64,000 nucleotides of DNA, from the IMG/VR virus record IMGVR_UViG_3300020047_007580; one strand, written 5' to 3'. The position numbers and the translations under genes are program-made. The notes under the pieces are model-generated. The model ran no database searches. It saw only the letters and a list, made by a program, of their open reading frames with translations, and was not told the origin of the DNA. Shown here piece after piece: positions 27,892 through 37,618 of this stretch. How positions within the stretch are numbered: the stretch's first letter is position 1; the number at the start of each line of letters is the position of its first letter. Origin of the DNA: a virus. Taxonomy: Duplodnaviria > Heunggongvirae > Uroviricota > Caudoviricetes > Crassvirales.

Positions 27892-28371
27892 ATGGATCTC
27901 AAGAAAGAAAATGAAAAAATAATAGAAAGAGAAGATGATAAAGATTTATTTTTTTGTCCAACAGGAACTCCAAGCTCAAAAAATAGTAGGCAATGGACTG
28001 GGAGAAGATTTCTCCCATCCAAAGCTACTACTTCATGGAGAAAAGAGACTCAACAATGGTGGGAAGATAATAAACATAATTTTGTAAACAAATTAATTGG
28101 AATAGAGAAACCTTATTTAATAGGAATGCACTTTGTAAGAAAGAGTAAGCATAAATTCGACTTTAATAATCCATGTCAAACAATACAAGATGAAGCTGTG
28201 TCTTATGGATACATAGACGACGACAATACAGATGAAATGATACCAATTCCATTAAATATTGATGGTTCTTGGCATACATACAGCAAGCTTAATCCTGGAG
28301 TTTACATAAAAATATTTACAAATAAATCAGAGATAGACGCGTTAACTAATCTATCTAGTATAAACCCATAG
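27892..28371 (+). CDS. rusA: RusA-like Holliday junction resolvase
   Basis: CPTGTPSSKNSRQW resembles the RusA LPWPPSNNRYYR region. The KFDFNNPCQTIQDEA and DDDNTDEM acidic motifs match RusA catalytic Asp positions. Recalled from memory. Confidence 0.55.
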   Translation: MDLKKENEKIIEREDDKDLFFCPTGTPSSKNSRQWTGRRFLPSKATTSWRKETQQWWEDNKHNFVNKLIGIEKPYLIGMHFVRKSKHKFDFNNPCQTIQDEAVSYGYIDDDNTDEMIPIPLNIDGSWHTYSKLNPGVYIKIFTNKSEIDALTNLSSINP

Positions 28372-28381
28372 ATAATACCAC

Positions 28382-28645
28382 ATGACTACAACAGAAATAT
28401 TAGTATTAGCTAATAAAGCCCTTCATAGCAAAGATTTGGAATCTTATGCAACTGCATTAAATAATAGAAAATTTACTGCTATGAGAATAATAGCTGAAAT
28501 TTGCTTAGAAAAAGCAAAAGACGCTTTAATTGAAAATGCAATTAGAGAGTACTGCGATCCAGTAGTAACTTCTCATTACAAGTTGTCAAACGACTTGATG
28601 AACGAAACTTTAGAGTTTATAATCATAAATTCAGAAGTTAAATAA
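28382..28645 (+). CDS. hypothetical protein (87 aa)
   Basis: ORF only. Confidence 0.45.
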   Translation: MTTTEILVLANKALHSKDLESYATALNNRKFTAMRIIAEICLEKAKDALIENAIREYCDPVVTSHYKLSNDLMNETLEFIIINSEVK

Positions 28646-29751
28646 TGATAGGAGATCACAACTTACAAATCGCTGAACAACAGTATAGAGATTTGGAACT
28701 TCCTTCATACAGTCTTTTGTCAGGAATATCTAAAGGAGGTATCGACATTATGAGCGGAGTAAAAAACAATGTGTTTACTTTAAAATTTGGAAGCCTAGTT
28801 GATGATATGTGTTTTGATACTGCTAAAGTAAAAATTAAGTATCATCTTGCAGGAGCATTAAAAAGTCCAACCCCAAATGTAAAGGGAATTGTTGATCAAG
28901 TAATTGCAACTGTATTGGCCGGTGAAAATGAAAGTAGTTCTTTCAATATTGTAAAGAAAAAGAAAATGAATTCTCTTTCTACAGTTGCGTTAGATTTAAA
29001 AAACTACGGAGACACTATAATGACTGCCGCAAAATTAAACAATGTGTATCAGTCTTACGCAAGAGAAAAAGTTATAGAAACTGTATCTAGTGCAGGGCAG
29101 GCTTATTTTCAAGACGCGTTAACTTCTAGAGGAAAAATATTAATTAAAAAAGAAATGTGGGATAAAGCTATGGAAACATCGATGACTCTTGCTACACATC
29201 AATTTTCGAAAAGCTATTTTGAAAACGAAAGTGGAATTGAACTTTTTTATCAATATAAATTTATAACAGAAGTTAGAGGAAAAAAGACAAAAGGAATGCT
29301 TGACATTTTAAAAGTCGATCACAATAAAAAAGTAATATATCCTGTTGATTTAAAAACTGGAGAAATGCCAGTATCTAAGTTTCCTGAAATAATGTTAATG
29401 TATGGATATTACATTCAAGCCGCATTGTACAGAGAAGCAATAATGAATATTGTAAATTCAGATCCTGACTTATCCGGATATACAGTTGCTCCATTTGAGT
29501 TTTTATATATATCTAAAGAAAATCCAAATAAACCACTAGTATATGTTGTTCCAGAAAGAATGCATATTGCCAGTATGAATGGATTTACAGATAGATACGG
29601 AACAAAACACAAAGGAGTAATGATATTGCTTAAAGAATATTACGACTGCAAAGAAGGAATGTTTTGCCAATATACTGAAGAAGAATATGAACAAGATGGT
29701 AAAATCCCGTTTGACGACGACTTAATAAAAGAAATTAACGATGAAAATTAA
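28645..29751 (+). CDS. RecB/Cas4-family PD-(D/E)XK nuclease
   Basis: Motif order matches the RecB nuclease domain. It runs ...ILKVD... then YPVDLKTGE (D/ExK) then YYIQAALY (QhxxY). Confidence 0.6.
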   Translation: MIGDHNLQIAEQQYRDLELPSYSLLSGISKGGIDIMSGVKNNVFTLKFGSLVDDMCFDTAKVKIKYHLAGALKSPTPNVKGIVDQVIATVLAGENESSSFNIVKKKKMNSLSTVALDLKNYGDTIMTAAKLNNVYQSYAREKVIETVSSAGQAYFQDALTSRGKILIKKEMWDKAMETSMTLATHQFSKSYFENESGIELFYQYKFITEVRGKKTKGMLDILKVDHNKKVIYPVDLKTGEMPVSKFPEIMLMYGYYIQAALYREAIMNIVNSDPDLSGYTVAPFEFLYISKENPNKPLVYVVPERMHIASMNGFTDRYGTKHKGVMILLKEYYDCKEGMFCQYTEEEYEQDGKIPFDDDLIKEINDEN

Positions 29752-30304
29752 AAACGTAAGATTAAACATAGTGCCTACAAAAAGCTCTACTTATTTTCTT
29801 CCAATTTTAGATTCATTAATCAACTTTAAATTTCTACATTTGCTTCAAAATTCATACGTAATGAATTCAATAGAAGAAGGTTATTTTAGCGTTCTTTACA
29901 AGTGGAATGGAAAACCAGAATTTACAGAATGGGAAAGTGAACTAATGGAACATCATTTATTTGTCGGTCATGAGGATTATGACGAATATGTTTTGTATAA
30001 ATTTAAACTTCCAAAGAACTCTCAGGAGATCTTAAAATTATTTATTCATGGAAAGTATAGCAAATATCCAGATTCATCAAAAAATGACGTTAAAAGCTTT
30101 ATAGAGAAGAGAGGATTCGTTAATGCTGAAAAGATATTTAAAATAATGAATCTTGACGAAACTTTAAGGCTACAAATGCAGAAAGATTTAGGTGTTCCAA
30201 TTCCGATTGGAAGTGAATTATCTACTCCTCCTGACATTAACTCAGAAAACTTTTTAAATTCAGTTAAATTTCTTTCCAGTAAAGGAACTGCTGATTTTAG
30301 TTAA
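29741..30304 (+). CDS. hypothetical protein (187 aa)
   Basis: ORF only. Confidence 0.5.
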   Translation: MKIKNVRLNIVPTKSSTYFLPILDSLINFKFLHLLQNSYVMNSIEEGYFSVLYKWNGKPEFTEWESELMEHHLFVGHEDYDEYVLYKFKLPKNSQEILKLFIHGKYSKYPDSSKNDVKSFIEKRGFVNAEKIFKIMNLDETLRLQMQKDLGVPIPIGSELSTPPDINSENFLNSVKFLSSKGTADFS

Positions 30305-30321
30305 CTTTAATAATTAACACT

Positions 30322-30708
30322 ATGTTATTAGTAAAAAGAGCAACAAAGCCACTAGGAATAGGTAGCATTGTCAAAATAACGCAAAAAGCGTTAAATATTT
30401 ATTATTCAAAAAAATCAGGAAGATTTAACGACAGATTGATAGATCAAAAATACATTGTTTTAGGCAAAATGAATTCTTGTGATCAGAAAATTGTCAGACT
30501 ACTTCCTGTGCAAACTACATCTTATCAAGAAAATAATACGCGCAATGTTAGGTTCAATAATTATAAAAAAAGAAAATTAATTTTTATAGCATTATCTGCT
30601 GTTGAAGATTCTAAGCAATCATATTTATCTATTTTTGGAGAAGCCGGAAGAAATGAAATTCAAGATTATTTATTGTCAAAACATGGAGTCAACATTACAA
30701 AAGCATAG
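30322..30708 (+). CDS. hypothetical protein (128 aa)
   Basis: ORF only. Confidence 0.45.
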   Translation: MLLVKRATKPLGIGSIVKITQKALNIYYSKKSGRFNDRLIDQKYIVLGKMNSCDQKIVRLLPVQTTSYQENNTRNVRFNNYKKRKLIFIALSAVEDSKQSYLSIFGEAGRNEIQDYLLSKHGVNITKA

Positions 30709-30773
30709 CTATGGTAAAGAAATCACACTCCTCGAATTGATTGAAGAGTGTGAACTTGAGCAAAAAATGACAA

Positions 30774-31082
30774 ATGAAAAAGAAAGCGCAAGTAGAGACG
30801 GCAAAAGAGAAGGAAACTCGGATAAGGAAACTTAGAAGTATAACTTATAGCTGGAGTAAGAAAGACATGAATTATTGTTTAGAAAATGGAATATCAATTT
30901 ATCCGGCATGCCAACCTAATGGAAAATTACTTCTTTTCGTGCAACAAGGAGAAAGATTTAAACCTCTTAATAATAAAATTTACGGTCAATCAGACGAAGA
31001 AGAATGTCTTGAATATACTGTAGCAATTATTGATGCTTATACAGAGTATGCTGATAAAATAAAATTAAAGAAAAAAAAATGA
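30774..31082 (+). CDS. hypothetical protein (102 aa)
   Basis: ORF only. Confidence 0.4.
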   Translation: MKKKAQVETAKEKETRIRKLRSITYSWSKKDMNYCLENGISIYPACQPNGKLLLFVQQGERFKPLNNKIYGQSDEEECLEYTVAIIDAYTEYADKIKLKKKK

Positions 31083-31303
31083 TTGGAGAATTTTTTACAA
31101 TGAACGGTATTAGAGTTCAATTAGTTGATGAAGAAGAGCGTTCTAGTTGTGCCGGATGTTTTTTTACAAGTAAAGATGAGCATAGAACAGAATGTTTATA
31201 TATAACGGAAGGAAGCGCTCTTTTAGATTGCGGAAATTTAGACGGAATCTATAAAAGAATTGATTTAGAAAAAGGAGTCAAAAAAAAACTAACATTAAAT
31301 TAA
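31079..31303 (+). CDS. hypothetical Cys-containing protein (74 aa)
   Basis: CAGC ... C...C pattern. ATGA overlap. Confidence 0.4.
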   Translation: MIGEFFTMNGIRVQLVDEEERSSCAGCFFTSKDEHRTECLYITEGSALLDCGNLDGIYKRIDLEKGVKKKLTLN

Positions 31304-31439
31304 AGCTTACCTTAAATGGAAGAAAATAGATATTCAAATAAGTTTAAAAAAAGAAACGAACCTATTAAAGATAAAAAAAGTAAAAATCTTGTGGCTTACA
31401 AAAAGCCTAAGTACAAAAACAAATTTAAAGAAGATTAGT

Positions 31440-31703
31440 ATGTTCAAAAAAAGAAAACAAATAAGCCCTCCATTTGACGAAAGTAATTTGGAAGAATTGA
31501 CTGATCCAAAAAAATTTAAGTATGCTACAAGAATTTATTTAAAATCTTATGGAGAATTACTTAAATTAAATTCAGTTGGAGTGACAGCTAGGATTGATAC
31601 GAATGAATTTGTATCGGCATTACTTCTTACGGACGTTTATCAATTAGTACTACTTCAAAAAGCAAAGTTATATAGACTTAAAGTTTTAGAAGATGTTGAT
31701 TAA
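31440..31703 (+). CDS. small protein, KKRK N-terminal family (87 aa; track start 31389 is TTG)
   Basis: N-terminus MFKKRKQ from the ATG at 31440. Confidence 0.4.
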   Translation: MFKKRKQISPPFDESNLEELTDPKKFKYATRIYLKSYGELLKLNSVGVTARIDTNEFVSALLLTDVYQLVLLQKAKLYRLKVLEDVD

Positions 31704-31986
31704 AAAGCGAGAAGAAAAAAAACTCAGATACTCAGACGAATGGTTTGTATCTGTATTGATTTTGGGTAATTTAACTTATTACTCAAGAGACGGTTATTCT
31801 TTTGCTAAATCAAGAAACGAAAGAACTAGTATAGATCAAATACTTTTAAATAAGCAAAAAATAAATTTTACTGTATTGACAATAGAAAATAAATTAAATG
31901 GAAATACTTTATCAAAAAACTCAAATATGCAAATTGTAATAGAAGTAGAAGATTCTAAATTATTTTTAAAAGCAAAAAAACAATGA
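31693..31986 (+). CDS. small protein, KKRKE family (97 aa)
   Basis: N-terminus MLIKKREEKK. Confidence 0.45.
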   Translation: MLIKKREEKKLRYSDEWFVSVLILGNLTYYSRDGYSFAKSRNERTSIDQILLNKQKINFTVLTIENKLNGNTLSKNSNMQIVIEVEDSKLFLKAKKQ

Positions 31987-32168
31987 AAGTTATTTACATG
32001 CAAGACACAATAGATTTGATTGAAATTAGAAATGGTAAAGAAGAGGCCCTGGCTATTATATCACGGGGCACAATTATTCCAGGAGTAGAAGACTCGGACG
32101 AGAAGTCTTATTTATTAATAGAAGAAGAAGAATTAGATGTACAAGAAAATTTACAAAAAAGACACTAA
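31983..32168 (+). CDS. hypothetical protein (61 aa)
   Basis: ORF only. Confidence 0.3.
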   Translation: MKVIYMQDTIDLIEIRNGKEEALAIISRGTIIPGVEDSDEKSYLLIEEEELDVQENLQKRH

Positions 32169-33240
32169 AGGAAATTTAAGGTTTCTTGAAGTAAGCACTT
32201 TTGAAGACTTACTATCTCAAACTTCCGGAATAGAAGGAACCATCAGTCCATTAACTCATCGCAAATTCTGCAAAGGAAAAAACATTGGAAAATCTAATGA
32301 AACATCTCCTGATGAACAAGCTATACTCGAAGGAGAAGCAATTATAAGAGACAAGTTAACTAAAGGGTATTTTGAAACTATTTACGAGGTAGAGCAAGAA
32401 GAGGTAATTATGCCTATGCTTGCGCATGACTATTTCAAATACACACACAAAGTTAATTGGAAAGAAAACTGGTTTGTTCAACCTAAGTTTGACGGAATGA
32501 GGTGTCTTGCATTTGTGAAAGCAAATGGAGATGTAAAATTAATGTCTAGAGCCGGGAAAGAAATTACCACTATGAATCACATTAAAGCGGAATTGTCTAA
32601 AATCAAAATAGACATAATACTTGACGGTGAACTTTATGTACATGGAGAAAATTTCCAAAAAAACATGAAATACATTAAGAAGTATGTGCCGGGATTGTCA
32701 GAAAGAATTGACTTTCACATCTATGACACTATCAATGAAAATGTATTCATGAAAAGATCAGAAGAAGTTGCTAATGTATTAAGATCAGGAATAGAATTCA
32801 AAAGCTTAAAACTGGTAATGACCTGCGTTTGTTTAGACTTTGAATCACTAGTAATGCATCACAAAAACTTTCTTAAGCAAGGATATGAAGGCACAATGTT
32901 AAGAAAAAGAAGTTCTTTGTATAAAGTCAATGGAAGAAGTCAAGACTTGCTTAAATACAAAGACTTTAAAGATTTAGCGCTTCCAATACTTGACATTATT
33001 CCAGACGAAGTAGACTCAACTATGGGTTCTCCAGTTTACAATTGGCCTGGCGCCAGTGGACACAAACTAGGAGAGAATGTTCTTGGTTCTGGAATAAGAG
33101 CAAATCATACAGAAAGAAGAGAGATGCTTAAAAACAAGCAAAATTACATCGGTAAAATTTACGAAGTAAGGTTTTTCGAGTACTCTGACAAAGGAGTTCC
33201 TAGATTTCCAATTACAATTGGAGAAAGATTAGACAAGTAA
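32137..33240 (+). CDS. ATP-dependent DNA ligase
   Basis: Motif I KFDGMR (KxDGxR) at 32486-32503, motif III-like DGELYV, and motif IV-like EGTMLRK. Confidence 0.8.
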   Translation: MYKKIYKKDTKGNLRFLEVSTFEDLLSQTSGIEGTISPLTHRKFCKGKNIGKSNETSPDEQAILEGEAIIRDKLTKGYFETIYEVEQEEVIMPMLAHDYFKYTHKVNWKENWFVQPKFDGMRCLAFVKANGDVKLMSRAGKEITTMNHIKAELSKIKIDIILDGELYVHGENFQKNMKYIKKYVPGLSERIDFHIYDTINENVFMKRSEEVANVLRSGIEFKSLKLVMTCVCLDFESLVMHHKNFLKQGYEGTMLRKRSSLYKVNGRSQDLLKYKDFKDLALPILDIIPDEVDSTMGSPVYNWPGASGHKLGENVLGSGIRANHTERREMLKNKQNYIGKIYEVRFFEYSDKGVPRFPITIGERLDK

Positions 33241-33527
33241 TGAATATAGAAGAAATAATAGAGAATATATTCAATATGACACCTAATGAAGGTTATGAAT
33301 ATATCGATAATAACTTAGACAAAACAGGCAAGTTTAACGTTAAAGCTAATGGAAGAATTTTAAAATTCATTGGACTAGAAGAGCATAAAAATACTTATAG
33401 GATAGTTATGAATAGAGTTGATACAGATCAGAGATTCCTTATAACGTCATTTAAGTTTGCAAAAAGAATAAGAAAAAAAACTTGGACAGAATTCAAGCTT
33501 TACAAAAAATTAAAATTAACATTATAA
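33240..33527 (+). CDS. hypothetical protein (95 aa)
   Basis: ORF only. Confidence 0.45.
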   Translation: MNIEEIIENIFNMTPNEGYEYIDNNLDKTGKFNVKANGRILKFIGLEEHKNTYRIVMNRVDTDQRFLITSFKFAKRIRKKTWTEFKLYKKLKLTL

Positions 33528-33540
33528 AATAAAAAAAACT

Positions 33541-34491
33541 ATGTACACAGAAGCACAATTAAAAGGAATGACTAAAGATCAAATTATTGATACTACTCTT
33601 AAATTATCAGATAAAGTTGAATCTCTTTCTTCTGGACCTATAACTGCTGACACAATAAAAGCCGCTTATTTAAACCTTAAAAAAGAAGGTGCAGATATAG
33701 CTGAAAGAAGACAAAACTCACAACAAGCTCATAAAGAAGCGTTAGCTGAAATTGAGGCCAATAAAGTTAAAGCTATTGCTGAAATGCAATTGAAATTCTC
33801 TTCTACTGATGGACAAGACGCTAAAGAATTAGAAAAATTATATTCTGATTTAGAAGCTAAATCTGTTAAAGCTATCAAAGACTTAACTTTTGGTTTAGAG
33901 AAAGCTGAAAATGACGCTGCTGTTGAATTAGCTAAGTTAACTGAGAAAATTGAAAAAGCTCAAGCAAAATATGATGACTTAGTTAAAGACTTGACTGCTA
34001 AAGAAAAAGTTTTAGTTGATGCTTACATTGCAGACACAGATGCTAAAACTGTAGCTCATAAACGTAAAATGGAGCAATTGCAATATGACAACTCAATTGC
34101 ATTAAGAGACGGAAACATTGAATTCATGGAAAAATTAGCAACCTCTGTTGGCATGGAGCTTATTAACTCAGAAGAGTTGGAAGTATTAAAAGAATTCAAG
34201 AAAACTGATGCAGATGCAATTTCTGAAATTGTTAAAGTTGAAGTTTCTGAAGCATCTCAAAAAATCTACGCATCTGAAGGCGCCAAGGCATCTGCTCTTA
34301 AATTTGCTTCAGAAAGTAAAATTGCTTTGTTGGAAAATGATAAAAAACACTTGGAAAGCTCTGTTCTTGCTCAAGCAACAAGAATTACGGAACTTGAAGC
34401 TAGACTAAAAGATGTTCCGTCTCAAATTGCAGCTGCTGTACAAGCTGCTCAGTCTTCTGTAACAGTTAACCAAGACGCTGTTAAGAAATAA
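33541..34491 (+). CDS. Ala/Lys/Glu-rich coiled-coil protein (316 aa)
   Basis: Heptad-like Ala/Glu/Lys composition. The alternative-frame ORF 34208-34408 is a compositional artefact. Confidence 0.55.
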   Translation: MYTEAQLKGMTKDQIIDTTLKLSDKVESLSSGPITADTIKAAYLNLKKEGADIAERRQNSQQAHKEALAEIEANKVKAIAEMQLKFSSTDGQDAKELEKLYSDLEAKSVKAIKDLTFGLEKAENDAAVELAKLTEKIEKAQAKYDDLVKDLTAKEKVLVDAYIADTDAKTVAHKRKMEQLQYDNSIALRDGNIEFMEKLATSVGMELINSEELEVLKEFKKTDADAISEIVKVEVSEASQKIYASEGAKASALKFASESKIALLENDKKHLESSVLAQATRITELEARLKDVPSQIAAAVQAAQSSVTVNQDAVKK

Positions 34492-34682
34492 TGTCTAGGG
34501 TTTGGATAAAATCAAAAGGACTAATGCCTAAAAAAATGTTTATACAACAAAGTGTTGACAAAAAAGCAGTAGTTTTATTTGGACCATATTTTTCTAAACA
34601 AAGCCTTGGCTATGGAATGCAAAATATAGAGTTCAAATTATGTGCAGTTACCGGTAATTATATTAGGATAACTCCACTTTAA
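34491..34682 (+). CDS. hypothetical protein (63 aa)
   Basis: ORF only. Confidence 0.35.
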   Translation: MSRVWIKSKGLMPKKMFIQQSVDKKAVVLFGPYFSKQSLGYGMQNIEFKLCAVTGNYIRITPL

Positions 34683-34690
34683 TAAACAAG

Positions 34691-34762
34691 TGTCGCGTAG
34701 TTAAATTGGTAAATGTTGGTTCGAAAGATCCAAAGATGCAAGTTCGAATCTTGTCGCGACAC
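34691..34762 (+). tRNA. tRNA-like element (72 nt) with abnormal anticodon arm
   Basis: Perfect acceptor stem TGTCGCG/CGCGACA. T-arm GCAAG-TTCGAAT-CTTGT. D-loop-like AATTGGTAAA. The middle hairpin TTGGTTC-GAAA-GATCCAA has a GAAA tetraloop instead of a 7-nt anticodon loop. Confidence 0.45.
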
Positions 34763-34795
34763 CTAAATTAAATAATTTTAAAAATAAAAAAAAAT

Positions 34796-35176
34796 ATGTC
34801 ATTACCAGATACGGCAGAATATTGGTGGGATGTGAAAAAACAAACTAACAAGCATATTTTCACACATATAAAAAATCAAGATTGTGGACATTTTCATGTA
34901 ACAGAAAGTGACGAATTAAGCGAGATTGATTGTCATGCTTGCAAAAAAATACTAGAGAGTAATCAAGAGATAAAATCACAACTTGAGAAAAACAATGGTA
35001 AAAGATACAAAAATCATAGAAAGAAAAAAGGATTTACTTTCGAAAGTGTGATTAGATTTGGTAAATACAAAGGACAAACTATCCAATGGATTATTGATAA
35101 TGATTTTAATTATTTCAATTGGGTTAAAGACAAGCTTTTATTACACCCAGATTTAGATAATTTAAAAAACAAATAA
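34796..35176 (+). CDS. hypothetical protein (126 aa) with C-terminal FGKYKG...W motif
   Basis: C-terminal FTFESVIRFGKYKGQTIQWIIDNDFNYFNWV resembles a widespread small phage/bacterial domain of unknown function. N-terminal Cys/His cluster. Confidence 0.5.
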   Translation: MSLPDTAEYWWDVKKQTNKHIFTHIKNQDCGHFHVTESDELSEIDCHACKKILESNQEIKSQLEKNNGKRYKNHRKKKGFTFESVIRFGKYKGQTIQWIIDNDFNYFNWVKDKLLLHPDLDNLKNK

Positions 35177-35180
35177 AATT

Positions 35181-35567
35181 ATGAAAAAATTAATATCAAT
35201 GACAGATTTTATAATTAGCGAAACTAATAAATCTAACGGAAACAAATCTATGCTATGTAACAAGTTTGTTCATTACACCAACTTTTTAAAACAACCATTA
35301 GAACTTTGGATGTTTGTTCCTTGTGAATTAATTGATGGTGTTTGGGTAGTTTTGGAAGAACCTGATGGATATAATTTATGGATTTTTGGAATTGTTTCTG
35401 ATATGCCAGAATATTTAGAATACCAACAAGCAAAAAAAAGATGTTTGTTTGAGGGATTTTCTGAAAAAGACGCAAGATTTTCTTTATTTGCAAATGAAAC
35501 TATTGAAGATTTGATAGAATACAATCTACAATTAACAAAAACAGCAGAAAAACAAATAGGACTATGA
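35181..35567 (+). CDS. hypothetical protein (128 aa)
   Basis: ORF only. Confidence 0.5.
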   Translation: MKKLISMTDFIISETNKSNGNKSMLCNKFVHYTNFLKQPLELWMFVPCELIDGVWVVLEEPDGYNLWIFGIVSDMPEYLEYQQAKKRCLFEGFSEKDARFSLFANETIEDLIEYNLQLTKTAEKQIGL

Positions 35568-35968
35568 AAAATAATTTAACAACAAGAGATGGTGCAGATT
35601 TTTTAAGTGCATATTCTCATTATTCACAATTGGTGAATTATTTTCCCCAATTAGATTCAAAAAATGAAGAAATAAAAAAATTAGCAAGTGAAGAACCTTA
35701 TTATAATTCTAAATTAGTACAAAATTGGAATAATATAGAAATTCATATTACAAGACAACTTTGGGGTTCAACAGCTTGTGGATGGGGAGTAATGGGCGGG
35801 GCGGCTATGTCTCATGCTTACAATTTTATCATCAAGCAAAAACATACAGGATTGTTATTTGTTTATTGGGACGGAAGACTTGCCTACATAATGAATAGTT
35901 CCGACATAACTGATTACAGCAAAATGCCTTCAATGTCACGTGTAACAGCTTTATATAAAGGAAAATAA
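35564..35968 (+). CDS. hypothetical protein (134 aa)
   Basis: ORF. ATGA overlap. Confidence 0.5.
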   Translation: MKNNLTTRDGADFLSAYSHYSQLVNYFPQLDSKNEEIKKLASEEPYYNSKLVQNWNNIEIHITRQLWGSTACGWGVMGGAAMSHAYNFIIKQKHTGLLFVYWDGRLAYIMNSSDITDYSKMPSMSRVTALYKGK

Positions 35969-35970
35969 TT

Positions 35971-36786
35971 ATGAAAAACATACATATATTACCATCAGAT
36001 AAACCAAGTAGATTATACGTTTTAAATATCTACATTGGATTAAGATTGTCTAAAACTTATATAAGTAAAGGTGACATACATACACCTAAAAACATCTGCA
36101 TCACTTCTGATGAAGAACTAAAAGATAGAGATTGGTGTTTACATCCAACAACATTAAATTTATCTATGCATCATAGCATTGATAACAATTTAACTAAAGG
36201 ATGGAAAAAAATTATCCTAACAACAGACCCTGACTTAATTGAAGATGGTGTACAAGCTATTGATGATACTTTTCTTGAATGGTTTGTTAAGAATCCAAGT
36301 TGTGAAGAAGTTTCTTTTATAATACGTTCTGCTTGGTTGGATAACGGTCTAATAATAGATTCTTACCAAATCACCATTCAAAAAGAAGAGCCTAGACAAG
36401 AAATGCCTTGGTTACCAAAAGAAACTTTTGATAAATACCATAAACTTAAACAAGAAAAACTTGAAGAAGTTGCTAAGAAACTAAAAGGAAAAGAATTATT
36501 TAAGAAAAGTAACGATAGGGCAAGAGAACTACTTTCTGAAATTAAATTATTACCAATAGTAGAGACACTTGAAGAATATATTGAAAGAGAGACTAAAAGT
36601 ATTATAGAGCCTAGCCTTAGAGCATCGGCTATTACATTTTTACGTTATGGAGCTAAATGGCAAAAAGAACGAGAAAAGAATAAGTTTAGTGATGAAGAAA
36701 TGAAAAATACAATACAAATTGTATTTGAATTAACAAATAAAGGTTATAGTGTTGATGAAATATTTGAACAATTTAAAAAGAAATAA
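35971..36786 (+). CDS. hypothetical protein, tandem paralog A (271 aa), C-terminus ...FEQFKKK
   Basis: Shares KKIILTTDxDxIxDGVQxI.D.FLEWFVKNP.C and GAKWQ.E..KNKFS with the next gene. Confidence 0.55.
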   Translation: MKNIHILPSDKPSRLYVLNIYIGLRLSKTYISKGDIHTPKNICITSDEELKDRDWCLHPTTLNLSMHHSIDNNLTKGWKKIILTTDPDLIEDGVQAIDDTFLEWFVKNPSCEEVSFIIRSAWLDNGLIIDSYQITIQKEEPRQEMPWLPKETFDKYHKLKQEKLEEVAKKLKGKELFKKSNDRARELLSEIKLLPIVETLEEYIERETKSIIEPSLRASAITFLRYGAKWQKEREKNKFSDEEMKNTIQIVFELTNKGYSVDEIFEQFKKK

Positions 36787-36787
36787 G

Positions 36788-37615
36788 ATGAAAAATCTAC
36801 ACATATTAACAAATAACTGTAGTATATCTAATTTAGTTGTAATTGGAGATAAATTAACTTTAATACGCTCTAACTACTATAGTAAAAGATATATTAAATT
36901 CCATGGCTATCAGTCGAAAGCTATTTACATCACTAATGATGAAGAACCTAAAAATGGTGATTGGATATTAAATTCTTGGAATGAAATTCACAAATTAACT
37001 AAGAACGATAAAAGTGAAAGTTATAAAAATACTTGTAAAAAAATCATCCTAACCACAGACCAGGACATAATCAAAGATGGCGTACAACCTATTCCTGATG
37101 AATTTTTAGAATGGTTTGTGAAGAATCCAAATTGTGATAGTGTTGTAATTGAAGAAAAATACAGAAAATGCTGTAGAAACACTGATAGCAAAAATGAGAA
37201 TTGCATAGAAACTATTAATTGCGAGGGTTGGTTAAGTAAAGAGTATGAAAGACCTTATAAAACTACTTGTGATAAAAGATTTGAAGGTTACAAAATCATC
37301 ATTCCACAAGAAGAATCTAAACAAGAACGAAAAAGAGGTATCATAATAACTCATGTTGGTCAGCAAGAAGCGCTTGAAGAAGTTTCTGAAAAATATGCTA
37401 GTAGTAAATGCACGCCACCTGCAATAATGCATAAAGGACTAACAGATGCAGTTAAATTTGGCGCTAAATGGCAACAAGAACAAGACAAGAATAAGTTTAG
37501 TAAGGAAGATATGATGGAAGCCTTTCATGCAGAAAGTAGAGTTTGGTCAAATAGAATTAAAGATTGGAAAGAAGTAACTTTTAGTGAATGGTTTGAACAA
37601 TTTAAAAAGAAATAA
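36788..37615 (+). CDS. hypothetical protein, tandem paralog B (~275 aa; track start 36749 is GTG)
   Basis: N-terminus MKNLHIL parallels the paralog A N-terminus MKNIHIL. Same conserved blocks. C-terminus ...FEQFKKK. Confidence 0.55.
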   Translation: MKNLHILTNNCSISNLVVIGDKLTLIRSNYYSKRYIKFHGYQSKAIYITNDEEPKNGDWILNSWNEIHKLTKNDKSESYKNTCKKIILTTDQDIIKDGVQPIPDEFLEWFVKNPNCDSVVIEEKYRKCCRNTDSKNENCIETINCEGWLSKEYERPYKTTCDKRFEGYKIIIPQEESKQERKRGIIITHVGQQEALEEVSEKYASSKCTPPAIMHKGLTDAVKFGAKWQQEQDKNKFSKEDMMEAFHAESRVWSNRIKDWKEVTFSEWFEQFKKK

Positions 37616-37618
37616 AAT

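Noticed and set aside
30602-30835. 77-aa ORF overlapping the end of 30322-30708 and the start of 30774-31082
   Set aside because: It overlaps two better-placed ORFs in different frames. Cannot be supported without expression data.
34208-34408. Alternative-frame 66-aa ORF inside 33541-34491
   Set aside because: Same strand, different frame, within an Ala/Lys/Glu-rich coiled-coil gene. A compositional artefact.
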